Shown in pieces: positions 34,050-48,267 of a stretch of 64,000 nt of DNA (its first letter is position 1; each line of letters starts with the position of its first letter). The DNA comes from Felis catus (Eukaryota): NCBI RefSeq assembly GCF_018350175.1, contig NC_058368.1, forward strand, positions 236,160,001 to 236,224,000, given 5' to 3'. A model generated the notes under the pieces. That model had not been told where the DNA came from. It worked only from the letters and a program-made list of their open reading frames with translations, and did not search any database. The position numbers and the translations under genes were made by a program.

Positions 34050-34700
34050 TAGCGAAGAATTCCAGATACACCTTCTCTAGATGGTGGACTTGATCTCCCT
34101 CCCCTTGAGTATGGACCAGGCTCACTGACTTTCTCCCAGACAGGAATCTGGAAAGGGAATAATGGTGACTTGCAGTGGAGAAACCTGGGAACGTGATCTG
34201 AACCAGGTGGTCAAGGTGGTCGCAGCCAGTAATGCCATGCGGCCACCGCGAACCCCCAGATGGGAGGTACCTCAGCTTTATGGTCTTCTTCCCCCAAATC
34301 TACAGCTCTACTCGATAGGAAAACATCAGATAGACCCAAGTGGAGGGACACGTTACAGAGTAATAGCCCCATAGTCTTCAGGCTCTCAAGGTCGGGACAT
34401 CAAGGGAAGACTGAAAAACTACCACACATCAGAGGAGTCGCGCTGAATAAGGCAGTGTATGATCCCGGATTGGATTTTGGAACAGGAAATAGAACGTTAA
34501 TTAAAAACAAAAGCCTGGTAAAATACAATTCAATTAATTAATAGTATTGTATAAATGTTATTTGCTTAGTTTTGACAGATCTGACGATGTTATACGACGC
34601 GTCAACATTGGGAGAATCTGAGTGAGTGGTACACAGAGACTCTTTGTACTATCTGTGTAACTTTTTTCTAAGTTTAAATCTGTTCCATAATCATAGCTTT
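34050..34700 (+). mobile_element. L1MC/L1MD-like 3' end remnant
   Basis: ctccctccccttgagtatgga, cagtggagaaacctgg, gatcccggattggattttggaacagga, gactctttgtactatctgtgtaactttt. Confidence 0.75.
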
Positions 34701-35719
34701 ACAAACTATTATGTAACACTTGTTGCTTCTACTCATTGAAATAATGAGCAAAATTCCAACTTTTTTGTTGAAGAAAAAGCATAAAACTCATTCGAAGTGC
34801 CTTATCTGATTCAAACCAATTTTAGTTACATACTTAATATGCTTATGGAGTTTAAAAGGACAACAGACTGGAAGGATTCATGTTTAGTTTACAGATTAAC
34901 ACAAAGAAAAGCAACAATATTGTAATGCCTCTGGACATACCTGTCTAAATAAAAGCATTCTAGCCTTTTAGTTTTATTAAGTTGAGTGAGAAGGCAAAGC
35001 AACTTTATTACAGGTTTGATAAAATATCGGGGAGGCTGACAGTCTCATTCTCTCGTGACGTTTCATGGTGATCTTTAGAATATTACAGAATTCAGCACAA
35101 ACCCAAGAATGTTAAGAACCCCGACTGAGGCTAACCACAGGTTACATAAATGGGACAATCAGTCCATTGAACACAGAGTTCATTCACACTTTTTTCTGTA
35201 CTTTCATCGACGGTTTCAGTCGTGTATGGATCTCACTGAAAAGGCCTAATGCCTGTGGCATCCATTTAGGCAGCTTTCCAGATGGCATCCTTGACTGATG
35301 CGGAAATTGAAGAAGCAGCCTCTATAAACCACGTATTCCAATCCAAACATCGTAGCCATTGTTTTGTCCCGAACCCAAGTCAAGTCTATGTCAGTGCTTG
35401 AAAGGGCTTTCCTAACTGAAGTCTAGCTGTGTTTCGCTTTTGATTACAGTCTTACAACGGTTTAATTGCCCTTGAATCTCTCTTCAGATTCACCGTCACA
35501 ATGTCCCCATGTTACAGAGCAGGTCGAAGCTGGAGGCTGCCACTTTGCTTTTCTTAAATAAAAACAATTCAGATGTGTCATTGTTGGTTCTAACTTCCGC
35601 ACTGTGAGGAATGGTCAATCCAAGCCATGCCTCTTGTAAACTGCCCATCACCAAGTACTTATAACTATATCAGGTGGTAAATATTGGGAAGAAAACCTGT
35701 AATTACATTGGGCTAGGCA

Positions 35720-36476
35720 CATTTTTTATTTTTATTTTTATTTAACTTTATTGAGGTGTAACTGACACATAAAATTGTGCGGTCTTTGAAAAGTAAGTCA
35801 TGGTAATTTGATATACGTACACGGTTTGAAAGGATCTGCATCATCTAGTTAATTAACGCATCGATCACCTTACGAGTCTATCTTTTTTTCCCCCCTTGGT
35901 GAGAATGTTTAAGTTCTACTACTCTCTTAACAAATTTCAATTATACAATATGGTTTTAGAAACTACAGTTACCACTCAGAACTTTGACATCTTAGAGCTG
36001 AAAGCAGGTAACCTTTTCCCAACTCCTCCCTATTTCTCCTGCTCTCCAATCCCTAGAAACCACTTTTCTGGTCCCTGTTGCGATGAGTTTAACTGTCTTG
36101 AAGATTCCACATATATGTGAGATCATACAATATTTTTCTTTTTGGACTTTATTTATTGAAACTCAAGTTAATTAACATGTGGCGTAGTGCTTGTTTCAGG
36201 AGTAGAATTTAGTGATTCATCACTTACGTACGACACCCAGTGCTCATCCCTACACGTGCCCTTCTTGATATCCATCACCCATTTAGCCCATCCCCCCACG
36301 CACGGCCCCTCCAGCAACCCTCAGTTTGTTCTCTGCCTTTAAGAGTCTCATACAGTACATTTCTTCATGTGTCTGTCATACCTCATCAGCCTGATGCCCT
36401 CAAGGTCCATCTATGTGGTTGCAAATGACAGGATACCCTTCTTTCTTGTGGTTGGGTTATATTCCATTGTGTGTGT

Positions 36477-36507
<31 letters not shown>

Positions 36508-36770
36508 GTTGCCTGTGGATCACATCTGCGTCACCTTTTCATTCTTTGAGAAACACTCAGGTTGTTCCCATTTGTTTGGCTGTTATAAACAATGCTGCAA
36601 TGATCATGGCAATGTTGACATCTCTTTCGTATCCTATTCTCATTTCTTTTGGATGTATATACCTGGAAGTGTGATTGCTGGATCATATGGCATATCTATT
36701 TTTAATTTTTTGAGGGACCTTCATACAGTTTTCCATTGTGGCTGCCCCAATTTAATTCCCACCAGTAGCT
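35720..36770 (-). mobile_element. L1MA-like 3' end remnant with nested younger L1 fragment and (TG)n
   Basis: tttattgaggtgtaactgacacataaaattgt, ttagttaattaacgcatcgatcacct, gattccacatatatgtgagatcata, gattgctggatcatatgg. Confidence 0.88.
36141..36347 (-). mobile_element. Carnivore L1 3'UTR terminal fragment nested in older L1
   Basis: gtttcaggagtagaatttagtgattcatcacttac...acacccagtgctcatc...ccctcagtttgttctc; TSD-like tcatacaatatttttctt / tcatacagtacatttctt. Confidence 0.85.
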
Positions 36771-36821
36771 GGGAACCTTTAAATTTATCAATTACAATAA
36801 AATACAAACTAAAGAAAAGTA

Positions 36822-37072
36822 GAGAGAACTGGGTGGCTCAGTCAGTTGAGCGTCTGACTCTTGATTTCGGCTCAGGTCATGATTTCATGGTTGGTGAGAT
36901 CAAGCCCTGCTTTGGGCTCTGCACTGATAGTGTAGAGCCTACGTGGAATTCTCTCTCCATCTCTGTGTCCCTCCCCACTCATGCTCTTTCTCTCTCTCGC
37001 TCTTTTTCTCTCTCGCTCTCTCTCAAAATAAATAAATAAACTTAATTTTTTTAATAAAATAAATAAAAAAAA
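36822..37072 (+). mobile_element. CanSINE
   Basis: ctgggtggctcagtcagttgagcgtctgactcttgatttcggctcagg, CT tract, A tail. Confidence 0.95.
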
Positions 37073-37735
37073 TTATAGTACTCAGCAATTTTGAGTTTGA
37101 AATTTTAATTGAGGTATAACTAAAAAATTATAGCATCCAGTAGGTAGTATAATTGTATGGATTAAACTTTTCTTTTGTGTGTGTTAATTCCTCATTAAGT
37201 GATTGGACTTCGAAATGTATTTTACGGGTTTTACTAGAGATTATGGGATTTAGGATCGTTGTGCAGAATAACAATAACTTTAAATGACCTATTTAACTCC
37301 CAGATAAAGGCCTTATTCTCTAGAATAGATGGCTTCAAAGCCCTTAGGCACAAAATTAAATAGACCAAGGAAATAATAGATTCAAACATATACATCGACA
37401 TAACCGATGGATCTGACAGTCTTTCACATCCATTTTTCTATATTTCTTTCAAAAGTCTTAGAGGTAAATGGCATATTTTCCTGATTGTTGAGTAAGACCT
37501 TAGAAACTAAGATTGTGCCCTATATTCTTAGGTAAATTGTAATGGCTCTTTTCATTAAAACAGTATATGCCTGTCACTTCTAGACCACTGTCTCCCCACT
37601 AAGGGAGACTCTGCATTGACTGAGTTAGGGCCACTGCGTGATGACTGCATGCATTGCAGGTGCCTAGACTTAACAACGTCACACTTAAGACTATATTGTC
37701 AGGAACGGCATAGACCTTAGTAAACACATATCTAG

Positions 37736-37951
37736 TTTTTTTTTTAAATTAGTCGTGTTGATGTTTATTTATTTTAGAGAGAGGGGTGAGGGGAAAGGGC
37801 GGAGAGAGAGACACACACACAGAATCCAAAGCAAGTTCCAGGCTCTGAGCAGTCAGCACAGAGTCCGACGCAGGGCTCGAACCCACAAACTATGTGATCG
37901 TGACCTGAGCCAAAATCGGACGCTCAGCCGACTGAGCCAGCCAGGCACCCC
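37736..37951 (-). mobile_element. CanSINE
   Basis: Antisense head ...actgagccagccaggcacccc. Confidence 0.95.
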
Positions 37952-38559
37952 TAATTATTTGTTTTATAAAATTATGGTAACTCGGGACTATGGAAATACA
38001 CCCCTTGTACAAAACTTTTAATAGAGTGTGTATTCCTTATGTACCTTCTATTTGTTCTATTGTATGAAACCCCAGATTGTCTTAGACCTATAGTGATGTG
38101 TTTAATTGACTCCTCCCGGTGAGAAGCATTTCCAGTTAAGGCATGCTGCACCGTTGGTCTTTCCTGCTGAGACAGCGCATAAAAGAAAGCAAATCTAAGT
38201 CTGTATTAGACTCAAGGAAGTAGTCTTATGACACCTTACAAGTAGATTGACTAGAATTGTTTGTGCCCCTTCTGGGTGGGTTTCCTTTGTATGCTGGTAC
38301 AAAGTTAGAAAAGCTGTTTGAAGCAACATCCCTATTAATTTGCCTGTCACAATGGCCTTATCGGTTTCGGTGGAAGAACACAGATTATTGGAGCAAATAC
38401 TCTAAGAACACCCAGATGGGCCCCTCCTGCCCCACTCTGGGTGGCTAATAATCAAAGCGAGAAGCTGGGTAGAGTGGGAGGCACCCACGATTTGTCCAGA
38501 AAGTACCAGAGATAATCTCTCCAAACATTCTGAAGAGCCAAGCGCAACCTGCAGCACCT

Positions 38560-38805
38560 GCTTACCCAACGTGGTCCTGGATGGGATCCTGGAGTAACAA
38601 AAGGACATTAGTGGGAAACTTAGTGACATCTGAACACATTCTGAAGTTTAATTTAGAGGAACGTATTGCTGTTGGCTCCTCAGTTGTGACAAGTGTACCA
38701 CGAAGAAGTAGAGTGTCAACAATGGGGGATACAGAGTGCTCTCTATACCACCCCTACAGCTTTCCCGTAAATCTAAAATTATTCCAAAGTCAAGAGTCTA
38801 CTCAA
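38560..38805 (+). mobile_element. L1MC/L1MD-like 3' end fragment
   Basis: tcctggatgggatcctggagtaacaaaaggacattagtgggaaa...gtaaatctaaaattattccaaa. Confidence 0.75.
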
Positions 38806-40627
38806 GAAAAAAAAAATAACAGGAAGCCACAGTTGTATAGAAAATCCCACACCGAACATGTCACATACAGAGTTGGTGGGTTGAGCAACTCTTTGTCTAG
38901 AATCTTCTCCTGGACACCAAATAAATAAAAAACGAATTATGGCTATAAATTATGCCAAAACATTTACTGAGACGTCTAGCCTATCAACACCAAGAGCAAC
39001 AAAACTCAGTGTAGTCTCGCCCCGCAAAACAAGGTCTATGCAACCCTTGAGAATCAAGAAATGGTGATATCCATAAACTCAAAAATGTAAATAAACATTG
39101 ACTATAAATATTCAAGTTCAGCCTTGACAAGACCACTTGCGGGTTTAGCTTTTTTGGTCTATGCCTTTGATTGCACTCGAGAAGTAACTGACTTAGAAAC
39201 CCCAACAATGGAATCTTGTTAAGAAGGGTCAGTGGCCATGCAGAGACAGTGCTTTGTCCTGAAGAAGTTTCCCTGCTGCTCCCCAAGCTTTACTTATTCC
39301 ATGACCAAGAATCATTTTACTAGTAAGAAATGCCAGAAGAATAATGGGTCCCTTCATTAGACAGGTGTTGATCACACACCATTATGTACCAGGCACTATG
39401 ACCATTGGGAATGCGACGAAGCCTCCCATCCTTACGGTGTAACTGGTCAGGCGTGCAAGGGCGACACAGGACAGGACAGATCTCAGGACAGCAGGAGGCT
39501 GGAGATGTGGCATTAGGACGCATTCGGGGGTGAGTTACCTCAATGCCAAGAAAACACACCAGTGTCCCTGTCGTGGGAAACCATAAATCATTCTGACTTG
39601 AAATAAAACAATTCTGGCCGTAGACATGGCCTAATTCTCAATTTTTCTCCGTATTAGAGAAGGCTGTAGTTGTCTCTTCAGCATATGGTCAAAAACAAAA
39701 ACAAAAACGAAAAACAAGGCAAGCAACCCTTCATGAAGCGTGTCAAGTCCTTTGAATGAATGAAATTATAAAACTTGAACCGAGCATTACTCTTGGGCCA
39801 TAGTATTTATGATAGGCATTTTGCACTAAGGACTGTATTTAAAAGATGAAGATTTTGAACATAATAAGAACTGAAACTGGCTATTTCTGCACTTCATACG
39901 TGAAGCATTATTATGCTGTTTGACTACCCAAAGCCTGGGGTGATCATAATATCCTTTAAATGTTTGATGTGGGGCTTTAAGAGCTTCTGGTGTAAGGCAT
40001 CGATCCAACCAAGAAATTTTCATAATGAAGTTTCTCCCCAGCCTGGGACTTCTGACGCTGGCCGGTCAGATTATGGGCAAAAATGTCGCCTGCCTCAGCC
40101 ACGGCTCTTTTGTTTCTTTTCTTTTCGTTCTGCTGGTATTTTTTTTGCTGAACCTAAACCGATAATAATGATCTACTTACACGGCCTGTTCTGTATATCT
40201 GTCATATTAAAGTCCCGGCTGTTTGTTTATCGTCCTGTGATCTATAGCTTTCTATTAATTTAATTATACTAAAAGATCTTAAAAGCCTTAGGCTAAGTAA
40301 CATGTCAATTAGAAATGAGTTTAACTTGAAATAAATATACATTTAATACTTGTAATTTATTGCTTTAAATACAAACAAAGCCCTCACTATGACACAGTCT
40401 ATTATTAATTGCCCCAATGCCTGAAGTCCAATTAAGTCAATCCATTTATATTTTCTTCAGAGAAAGTCAATGTTCATTTCTCAGAGGAAGCGCTGGATGC
40501 CTACGTTTTCCTTTCTCATAAACCAGGAATGCCACAGAGCACTTTTGTGCATAATGAACTAAGTCTCCTGTGAAGTAAAGAGAGGAAGGCAAAGAGGCAG
40601 ATAGAGCTAGATAGGAGGGCTCGTATC

Positions 40628-40630
<3 letters not shown>

Positions 40631-40659
<29 letters not shown>
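40631..40659 (+). repeat. Isolated A29 run
   Basis: Directly visible. Confidence 0.95.
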
Positions 40660-40661
<2 letters not shown>

Positions 40662-41827
40662 TAACACCCAGACCCAATGTAGGGCTCGTAGAAGTGTTTT
40701 CAAATAAAATATGATTGGACCCTATTACGGACTAATTAACTGCTGTTTTATGAATGCTCTTAACCCGCAGTAAATGTGACTCAGGTATACATCTCAACCT
40801 ACAATACTAGTATGTTCTCAGTAATTACACGTGGCCTAGAAACAGTTCCACTGCTGGCTTCACCTCAGCATGCGCATGAAAAGTCACACATAAAAACGTC
40901 AGTCTCTGTGTTGAGAAAAGATAGTTAATGCCTGGGGTCACGTTTTACGGCAAACGTTATAAATCCCGGAGAAATAACATTTATAGTGGAAACCTTGACA
41001 CAGTATTTTATGCTCATGCTATCCACAAAAGAGAGAATTTAAGAGTTTATAAATTTGCGTGGGTGAAACTAGCAGCAAATATATTCAAAATCGCTTTCGG
41101 TGTCTTGGGTTATTTCAAGCCCTCACCCCCACTCACCTCCCCCGCAAAAAAAGGCAGAGAATTCTTCATCTCTTATTTGTGATGTTCAGGTGAAAATGGC
41201 CATCTAAGCATGATTTCACCCACATACTTCTCGTGAACATTATTCTACTTTTCTATCAAATACTACAAATGTTAGTTACGCTCTGCAATGTGATGGATGC
41301 CGGGTTTCTCTACAATCCCAGTTAGAGCTCAACAGGTCTCTTCTGTGTGACCTGAGGTGTAGTCTCAGTTTGTACCCAGGAGAAGAGGGTTGTCCTCTTG
41401 CCATGGAATCCCGTGGTGTTTAGGAAAGCGGGCTCTGGGGTGCCCTCCTCCTTAATCAAAGACCCTACCTTTAACGTGGAAATGATGGTAGCAATCCCTC
41501 CCATCGTGCAGCCTGAGACACAGATGACACGAAGCCACATTCGATGCCACACAGGAGATGAGAACTCAAGAAAGAGTACTCACATCTTACTGGTGTTCGG
41601 AGACCCCAAAGGTGATGATATATTCAAACCTTGCTTACCAGGTTACGGACAGCCTGCCGTGTGCTGCTTTGGAAGGTGCTAATCAAAGGTTCCTGCTCCA
41701 TTTACTTCCCCGTATCTAATTCAAGAAAGAGGAAAAAGCCCATCAGTGTGCCAAGACATCCTCCCCAGGTTAATATTCCAGCTGCCGAAACATTAATTTA
41801 ATGTCTCCATCCAAAACCTTGATGATA

Positions 41828-41942
41828 GGGGCACCTGGGTGGCTCAGTTGGTTAAGCATTTGACTCTTGACTTGAGTTCACGGTCTGTGGCATAGAGCCC
41901 CGTGTCGGGTTCTGTGCTGACAGTGCGGGGCCTGCTTGGGAT

Positions 41943-41976
<34 letters not shown>

Positions 41977-42049
41977 TCTGCCACCAATCTGCTTGCGTGC
42001 ACATAAACATGCTCTATCAAAATAAACAAATAAAAACTTAAAAAAAAAT
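41828..42049 (+). mobile_element. CanSINE with small internal deletion
   Basis: Perfect 15-bp TSD aaaaccttgatgata (41813-41827 / 42050-42064). Confidence 0.97.
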
Positions 42050-43199
42050 AAAACCTTGATGATAAATTCTTTTTAAAAAACTATCTTCAAATTGGGAAAA
42101 TATCTCAGTATGGACAAAACCTTAATGATTTAAACCGAGGTCCAATAAAAAAGATAGAAGCAACATTTTGTTTCCTAGGATATCAGAACCTGAACAGAAT
42201 CTCAGGAGTTCAAATTTTGCCAGTGAGAGAAGACTCGGTTCTTTCCGTTGAAAATGATGCCTGGGCCACCTCCACTATGATGTCTGGATTTAAGGACTTA
42301 CAGACATCTGCATTAACCCATCTCACATATCCGTTTAATACACATACTTAAAAATAGCCAGGTCCACAATGTTTTATTTTACACGCCTATTAGAAGATAT
42401 GCGTGTTGGTGGCAATATTTCGTGCACCTGCAATATCTAAATTTTAAAACTCAATGGAAAGAGCTTCCTTGCATTGATCATTGTGTTGGATGTTAGTTTT
42501 TGTGTTTCACGGGCATGGAGGCAGCCACACTTCTTTCCTCCGGAGGAGAAAGAGGCTGTCCTTATGGATGCGGACTGTGGAATAAACAGGACGGGCTCTC
42601 AGGGAGGTCCGGGCAAAATACCCTCCTTCCAGAAATTCTGCAGGAAAACCTATCTTTGTGTCTGATACAGAAAATTAGTTGTTTAACATAATAGATCTAC
42701 AAAAAGCAAATCAATTGCTTTGGAATGTGTGCTAATGTAGGCATATCGTTGTTGAGGAAGTTACCACCGAAAGAAAGAAAAGCCTAAAACGGGGTTTTAA
42801 TATTGCTATGACTCAGAGACACGGGAAGGAAAATCTCAGTTGTTCATCTACTAATGATATATTTACTGAGAGTCTGTGTTCTCCGAGTGTAGGAATACGG
42901 CCATGCTTATAAAAATTCGATGATACAAAATTTATACACAAATAAAAGTACACGCAATGTGTACAAAATTTAATAAAATTAATAAATTTCAAAATGGTAC
43001 ATTTAAATGTCTAATGGATTTTAAAGTGCTTCAATTTGGTTATTATTTTAATGAGGCTAGAAGTTTATAATTCAATAAACTCTTTTACTATTAGAACAAC
43101 ATCTCGAACAGAAACAAACATTACAAGTGGAATAGAGTGGTTATAATAAGCCATGTACTTGCACATCTATATAGATCCACACTGAGAATTATATGCCCC

Positions 43200-43410
43200 C
43201 TTATAATATATCTGAGAACCTGTCGCAAGATCCAGCATTGTGATGGCTTCATGTGTAACCCTCCCGAAGAGCACTGGGAACGTATGTAGTCCTCCCCAGG
43301 TACCCAACCGGGGAGAGAGATGATTAATTCAAAGCATGCTGGCCTCAGGATAGAGTCGAGATTTGAATCTGATCTCTCTGACCTCAAAGCCATGAGTGTT
43401 AGCTACTGGG
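43200..43410 (-). mobile_element. MIR remnant
   Basis: agagtcgagatttgaatctgatctctctgacctcaaagccatg resembles the antisense MIR 5' region. Confidence 0.55.
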
Positions 43411-43477
43411 CATGCCTGTCTCTTCGTCTAAATGGACGTGGTCTTCTAGCATCATGGGTACTGGCCCAAGAACCTGG

Positions 43478-43479
<2 letters not shown>

Positions 43480-43510
<31 letters not shown>
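43480..43510. repeat. (CA)n microsatellite
   Basis: Directly visible. Confidence 0.95.
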
Positions 43511-43513
<3 letters not shown>

Positions 43514-46451
43514 CCATTCACACTTGCAGTGCTTTCTTTCTTTTCTCTTTTTCTTTTTTGCTTCTAATGTTCAAATTCCACTCTTATGTTAAAACGCTAT
43601 AAATATTTATTCGACTAGTAAAATGCAACCTTATCTAAATTGTGATTTTCGAAATCTGCCTTGTGAAAATCGCAGGTGTAGCGACATTTGGACATAAAAA
43701 CACACTCTAATAAAATGACCTGCAATGATTTATGAAACCAGGATATGTGCCCATGGATAGTCTGTCTATTTGTTTATAAATTTGTTTATAAATTTCCCCC
43801 CACAAAGGTCCACATAACTGTATCCGCACCTGTGGACGCGCGTAATCTTTTTCTCTCCGTGGATTAGATGCGGTTCGGAGTGTGTGAGGTGAATGCAAAC
43901 CCGGGCTGGTCTATAGCAGAGCCGGGGCAGTAAGCAGAGAGACAGGGAAGTCAGGGAGCCTGGCTGTGAGGTAAAATCTTCACAAAGGAAAGCCCACCAC
44001 TACAAATAATTGAATTAAGCAAGAGCGATGCCGGCAGGGACATTGCCTGGGGATTAATGGTCATCTGGGGGAAGTTGATTGTCCAGGGCGATCATCAATC
44101 CCCCAGAAAATGCCCTATACCAAGGTCATTGTAGCTGTAAGAACCCTTTTTTTTTGCCATGGAGGCTTAAAAAATCCTTCATTTTACTTGATTTCTTACA
44201 TCATCATTGCTCCTTCAGGTGGCTGTGTGAGGGACGATGTTGAATGGTGCGATTTCTGAATCATTGATCGCCAAGGCAACCACCAACCAAACACGTCTTT
44301 CCCAGGTGGAATGGTTTATCCAGGCTCAGTAATATTTCAGAGTGTTTTGAACCATGAAAATTCAGTAAAGGCGTAAATAAAATCTGTGCTTTGTCTTGGA
44401 CCAAAACACTCTTGGAAAAAAGACCTTATAAATCACAGACTCTTTGTTCTCATCAGCATTCATAATGGAATAAAGATACAAATCACAATGGTTAGGAAGA
44501 CTGTGGAGGGAATTGATCTGGAATGTATGAATTCAACTCTCATTTGCAATAACACCAAAATTTATAGCACAGATAACATGATGAGAAGTGGTCAATTAGG
44601 GGCATAATTAAATCTGTCTATATTACCCCTCAAAAATAATTATGAATAAAAGTAAGGAATGACTTTTTAAAATCAGAACTCTGCATAATTGAATTTTCCC
44701 AAGTTATTATTTACCAAGACAAATGTATTATCTGTCGGCAACACATATGTTCTTTATGCACTTGCAGACAAACAACAGAATAAAAAGTACATTATGAAAA
44801 CATGAGAAAAAATAAATTGCTGTTGGTTAAATTAGGTCAAAGTTTAACTTTAACCAACTGGGATTATTTTCTTAATTTGGAATTTTCATTTGAACGATTG
44901 TATCCTAAAATTTTATACGCTGGGCGCATTTTGTATGCCTTCTCCAGTTTTCTTGGCCTCAAAATCCCCTCCGCCCTCCATGCTCGCCCAACTACGCCCA
45001 TCAGTATGGAGCTGATTACCCTGAAAACGCGCTGAGCCTCCAGCTCGCCTTCTGAGTGACTGCCAAAGACACCAGATGAGGCAGCCCAGGAGTGGGGAAG
45101 AGTTAGCTCCCAATGGAGCAAACATTAAACAAAGGGAATTCTGAGGAAGAGACAGCCAACTAGATCAAGCCCCCTCCATTCCTCCCTCCCAGGATCTGGT
45201 CAACTAACAGGTTGTTTTTGCATAAGGCATTGGCCCATACGTGGCATCTCCTGGTGTCCTCATCACCTCACGCCTTTCCTCACTGACCTCTGACTTCAGT
45301 CACACACCCTTTGGACTACAATTCTTAATCAAGCATTGGTGCCCATGTCTGTTTCCTAGAGATCCCAGGATGAGACAGCTTGTATTCAGTTATGCAAACT
45401 TCAAGCAAAATGGTGCCCATGCCTAGCTTTGATGTACGGGCAATTGTGTTCCCCATCGGTTGATATTTAATTTGTTCACAGAGTTACTAACTTTCCTTAT
45501 TCATACTTTGTTTATATACAGAGTATGCTTATTTGTATCTGAAAAGTGTGTTTATTTGGCTGTTCAAATTATAATTTGCACAGTACCTGTTCAATTTATT
45601 GCTCTGTATTTTTTATCTCTATTTGTTTTCAATACCTTAGGTGATATGGGGCTGAATTCCTTCTGTTCATATTGATTTCTGTTCCTGTCTTCTCCGAGTT
45701 CTATAGCTTTCTGGATAAAATTGTGTCATACAGACACTGCTAGTTGATTTTCCAATACCAACTTTCCCCTTCTCGTATAACTTAATAGAATCAGGTTTAA
45801 TTAAGAATGGCACTGTGTCTTGTCGTCATTCTGTCCATCCTGGATTGGATGGAGACCCAATGCAGTTGCAGGGACCAATGATTTACCAGCAGAAGTTGCT
45901 GGGGCTTGGGCTGATGATCCTCCACTTGCCCCACTGACCTTGACCTCCACCCTCCAATTCCTCCACCATGTTCTGGGCCCCAGGAGCTGCCCTTAGGGGA
46001 AGTTCACCACCCACTAGTTTTTGGTTTTGGTCAATGGGAAGCTCAAGACTATGCGCAAGACAGAGAAAGAGACAGAGAGACAAAGGCAGAGAGGGAGAAT
46101 AGAATGGAGCCTAGTGAGATGGGATCTTTATTTCCCTGGCTGCACCCTTGGGCAGAAAGTCCCAGTTCATGTGCAATAAACAACCCTTGCATTTACTCCT
46201 CTCTGTCTCCAAGACTCCGTAATTCCCAGTTTGCCATTTCAGTCTCAGAGAAGATTTAGATTAAAGACCGGCAGGCATGCCCACCCCTTAGGGTCGTGGA
46301 TGAGTCACTCTAAAGACCTATCTAACTCTAACAATATCTCTTCATATGTGAAAATCATTATTTCTTCTTATTTTATTGCCCCTTTTTAAAGATGTCATTA
46401 GAAAATTAAGTCAATTCATTTGTTCATCACTTCAATGTTTTATCTTCTAAA

Positions 46452-46671
46452 ATTTTTTCAATGTGTATTTTTGAGAGAGGGTGGGGGGAGAGAGAGAGAG
46501 CGCGCGCAAGCAGGGGAGGGGCAGAGAGAGAGGGAGACACGGAATCCGAAGCGGGCTCCAGGCTCCGCGCCATCAGCACAGAGCCAGACGCGGGGCTCGA
46601 ACTCATGGACCGCGAGATCATGACCTGAGTTGAACTCGGATGCTTAACCGACCGAGCTACCCAGGTGCCCC
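46452..46671 (-). mobile_element. CanSINE (SINEC_Fc-like)
   Basis: 20-bp TSD tcaatgttttatcttctaaa / tcaacgttttatcttctaaa (one CpG-type difference). Confidence 0.98.
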
Positions 46672-48215
46672 TCAACGTTTTATCTTCTAAACCACGGTTA
46701 CTCGGCATGTTTTCGGAAAGCACACCCTTTCTCAAACTTTCCCTGGGAACTAGAGACCATCTGTTTCCTGGTGGAGTAATGCCCAGTGTGTGCCTCTCAC
46801 TTCCTTGTGGCCTCAGTGCTCAAACTTCAGAAGAAGCTTATCTGATCATATATAATTTAGGTTATTCCTCTAAAGGTAATTCAAGGCGTAACACTACTAT
46901 TGGTTTGTTTGTTTGTTTACTGTAGCTTTCTTTTTCAGGGCCCTGCCTGTTTCCACGAAGACTGCGAGTGTCCTGGTCTATTGGGGTCACTTCAGGCATA
47001 TTCAAAGGGAAATTTTAGGATACTCTGCTGTTCCCATCTACACAATGGGAGCGATTTTCTTCTGCTACGTTGAGACGGAAATTGGAGCGGGATGGTAGCA
47101 TCGCATTTAGGAATCTGCACGTACTTTCTCGGAGTGTATTCAAATCATAAAATCTGTAATATGAGAGCAAGTTTGTGGAACATGAATAATACCACAAAAT
47201 GAGGAACCAGGGAACATTCCTCCCTCCCCCCCCCCAAGTTCACTAGTTTGTTGCCCTAGTAGGTCCAGATTTTATCTACTGAGGTATGATTTCACATTGA
47301 AAGCTGATGATCAAAATTGGATATGCCCAAATTTCCAAATATTCCATATCAACAACCATTCCATTCTTTCCTTTGCCCACTAATAAAAATACATATCTGA
47401 AACTAAAATCAGGAGCGAGAGCCCCGGGCTAGAGACCGTGGGTGCTTCCTCTTACCTGATACGGCAGGACAAACCGCTCTCACTTTGTCCTGTGTCTTCA
47501 AGAGGGTCCCCAAACAATATCCACTCCACTTCTATGGCCCAGATCCTGTCACCTCTGGAAATAATAATGTAAAAAGCAGCATTGCTCAGTTTCTTGGCAA
47601 GCGTGCTCTACTTGGCTCAGCGTCCCCAAAATACTGCTCTGCAAAATATTGCCCACCTCTGAGCAATTTTCCTATTAGTAGTATTATACAAAATATACTG
47701 AAATAATAGAACACCATGAGGGTGTTCTAATTTATCATATTAGTTTCACATGCTAACAATTGTCAACTTGTACTGAAAAGTATGGTGGGAGTAGTATTAG
47801 GGAAGCATATTTTGCAAGAAGGATTTCAATAGCCATGCCATTCAACCCATTCTTTTTTTTAACTTGTAAAACAATAAGGCGATTGTCAATCTCCTCCGTG
47901 CGACAATCAGTCTTGGCATAATCTTTAGCTGCCAAAGATCCTTTAAAGGATGAACGGCCACATGTTAAAGGGTGTTGGAATCTTCGTTCCTCTTTTGCTT
48001 TCTTAGGAGCAGTGGGCTAGTCGCTTGCACTCGCCCATGATGCTGAATCTTGTCAAAGGAAGTGGCAAGGAAAAGAAAACAAAGCAAATAACAAACAGAC
48101 CATTGAAAAGGGAATGTTGCAAAGCAGGAGGTACTGGCACAGCTCTAGGGTAAGAGGTTGCTGTTCCTTTGATGGGAGAATTTAAGCACTACAGAAGCCT
48201 TTTGCAGAGCTCTCT

Positions 48216-48267
48216 GGGGGTGGGGGAGGGAGGGAGGGGGGAGGGGGTGGGGGAGGGGGGTGGGAGG
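48216..48267 (+). repeat. G-run cluster (G-quadruplex-forming potential)
   Basis: At least eight G3-G6 runs separated by single bases. Confidence 0.85.

Noticed and set aside
36479..37039. 186-aa ORF
   Set aside because: Runs through (TG)n, antisense L1 and a SINE; a chimeric chance frame.
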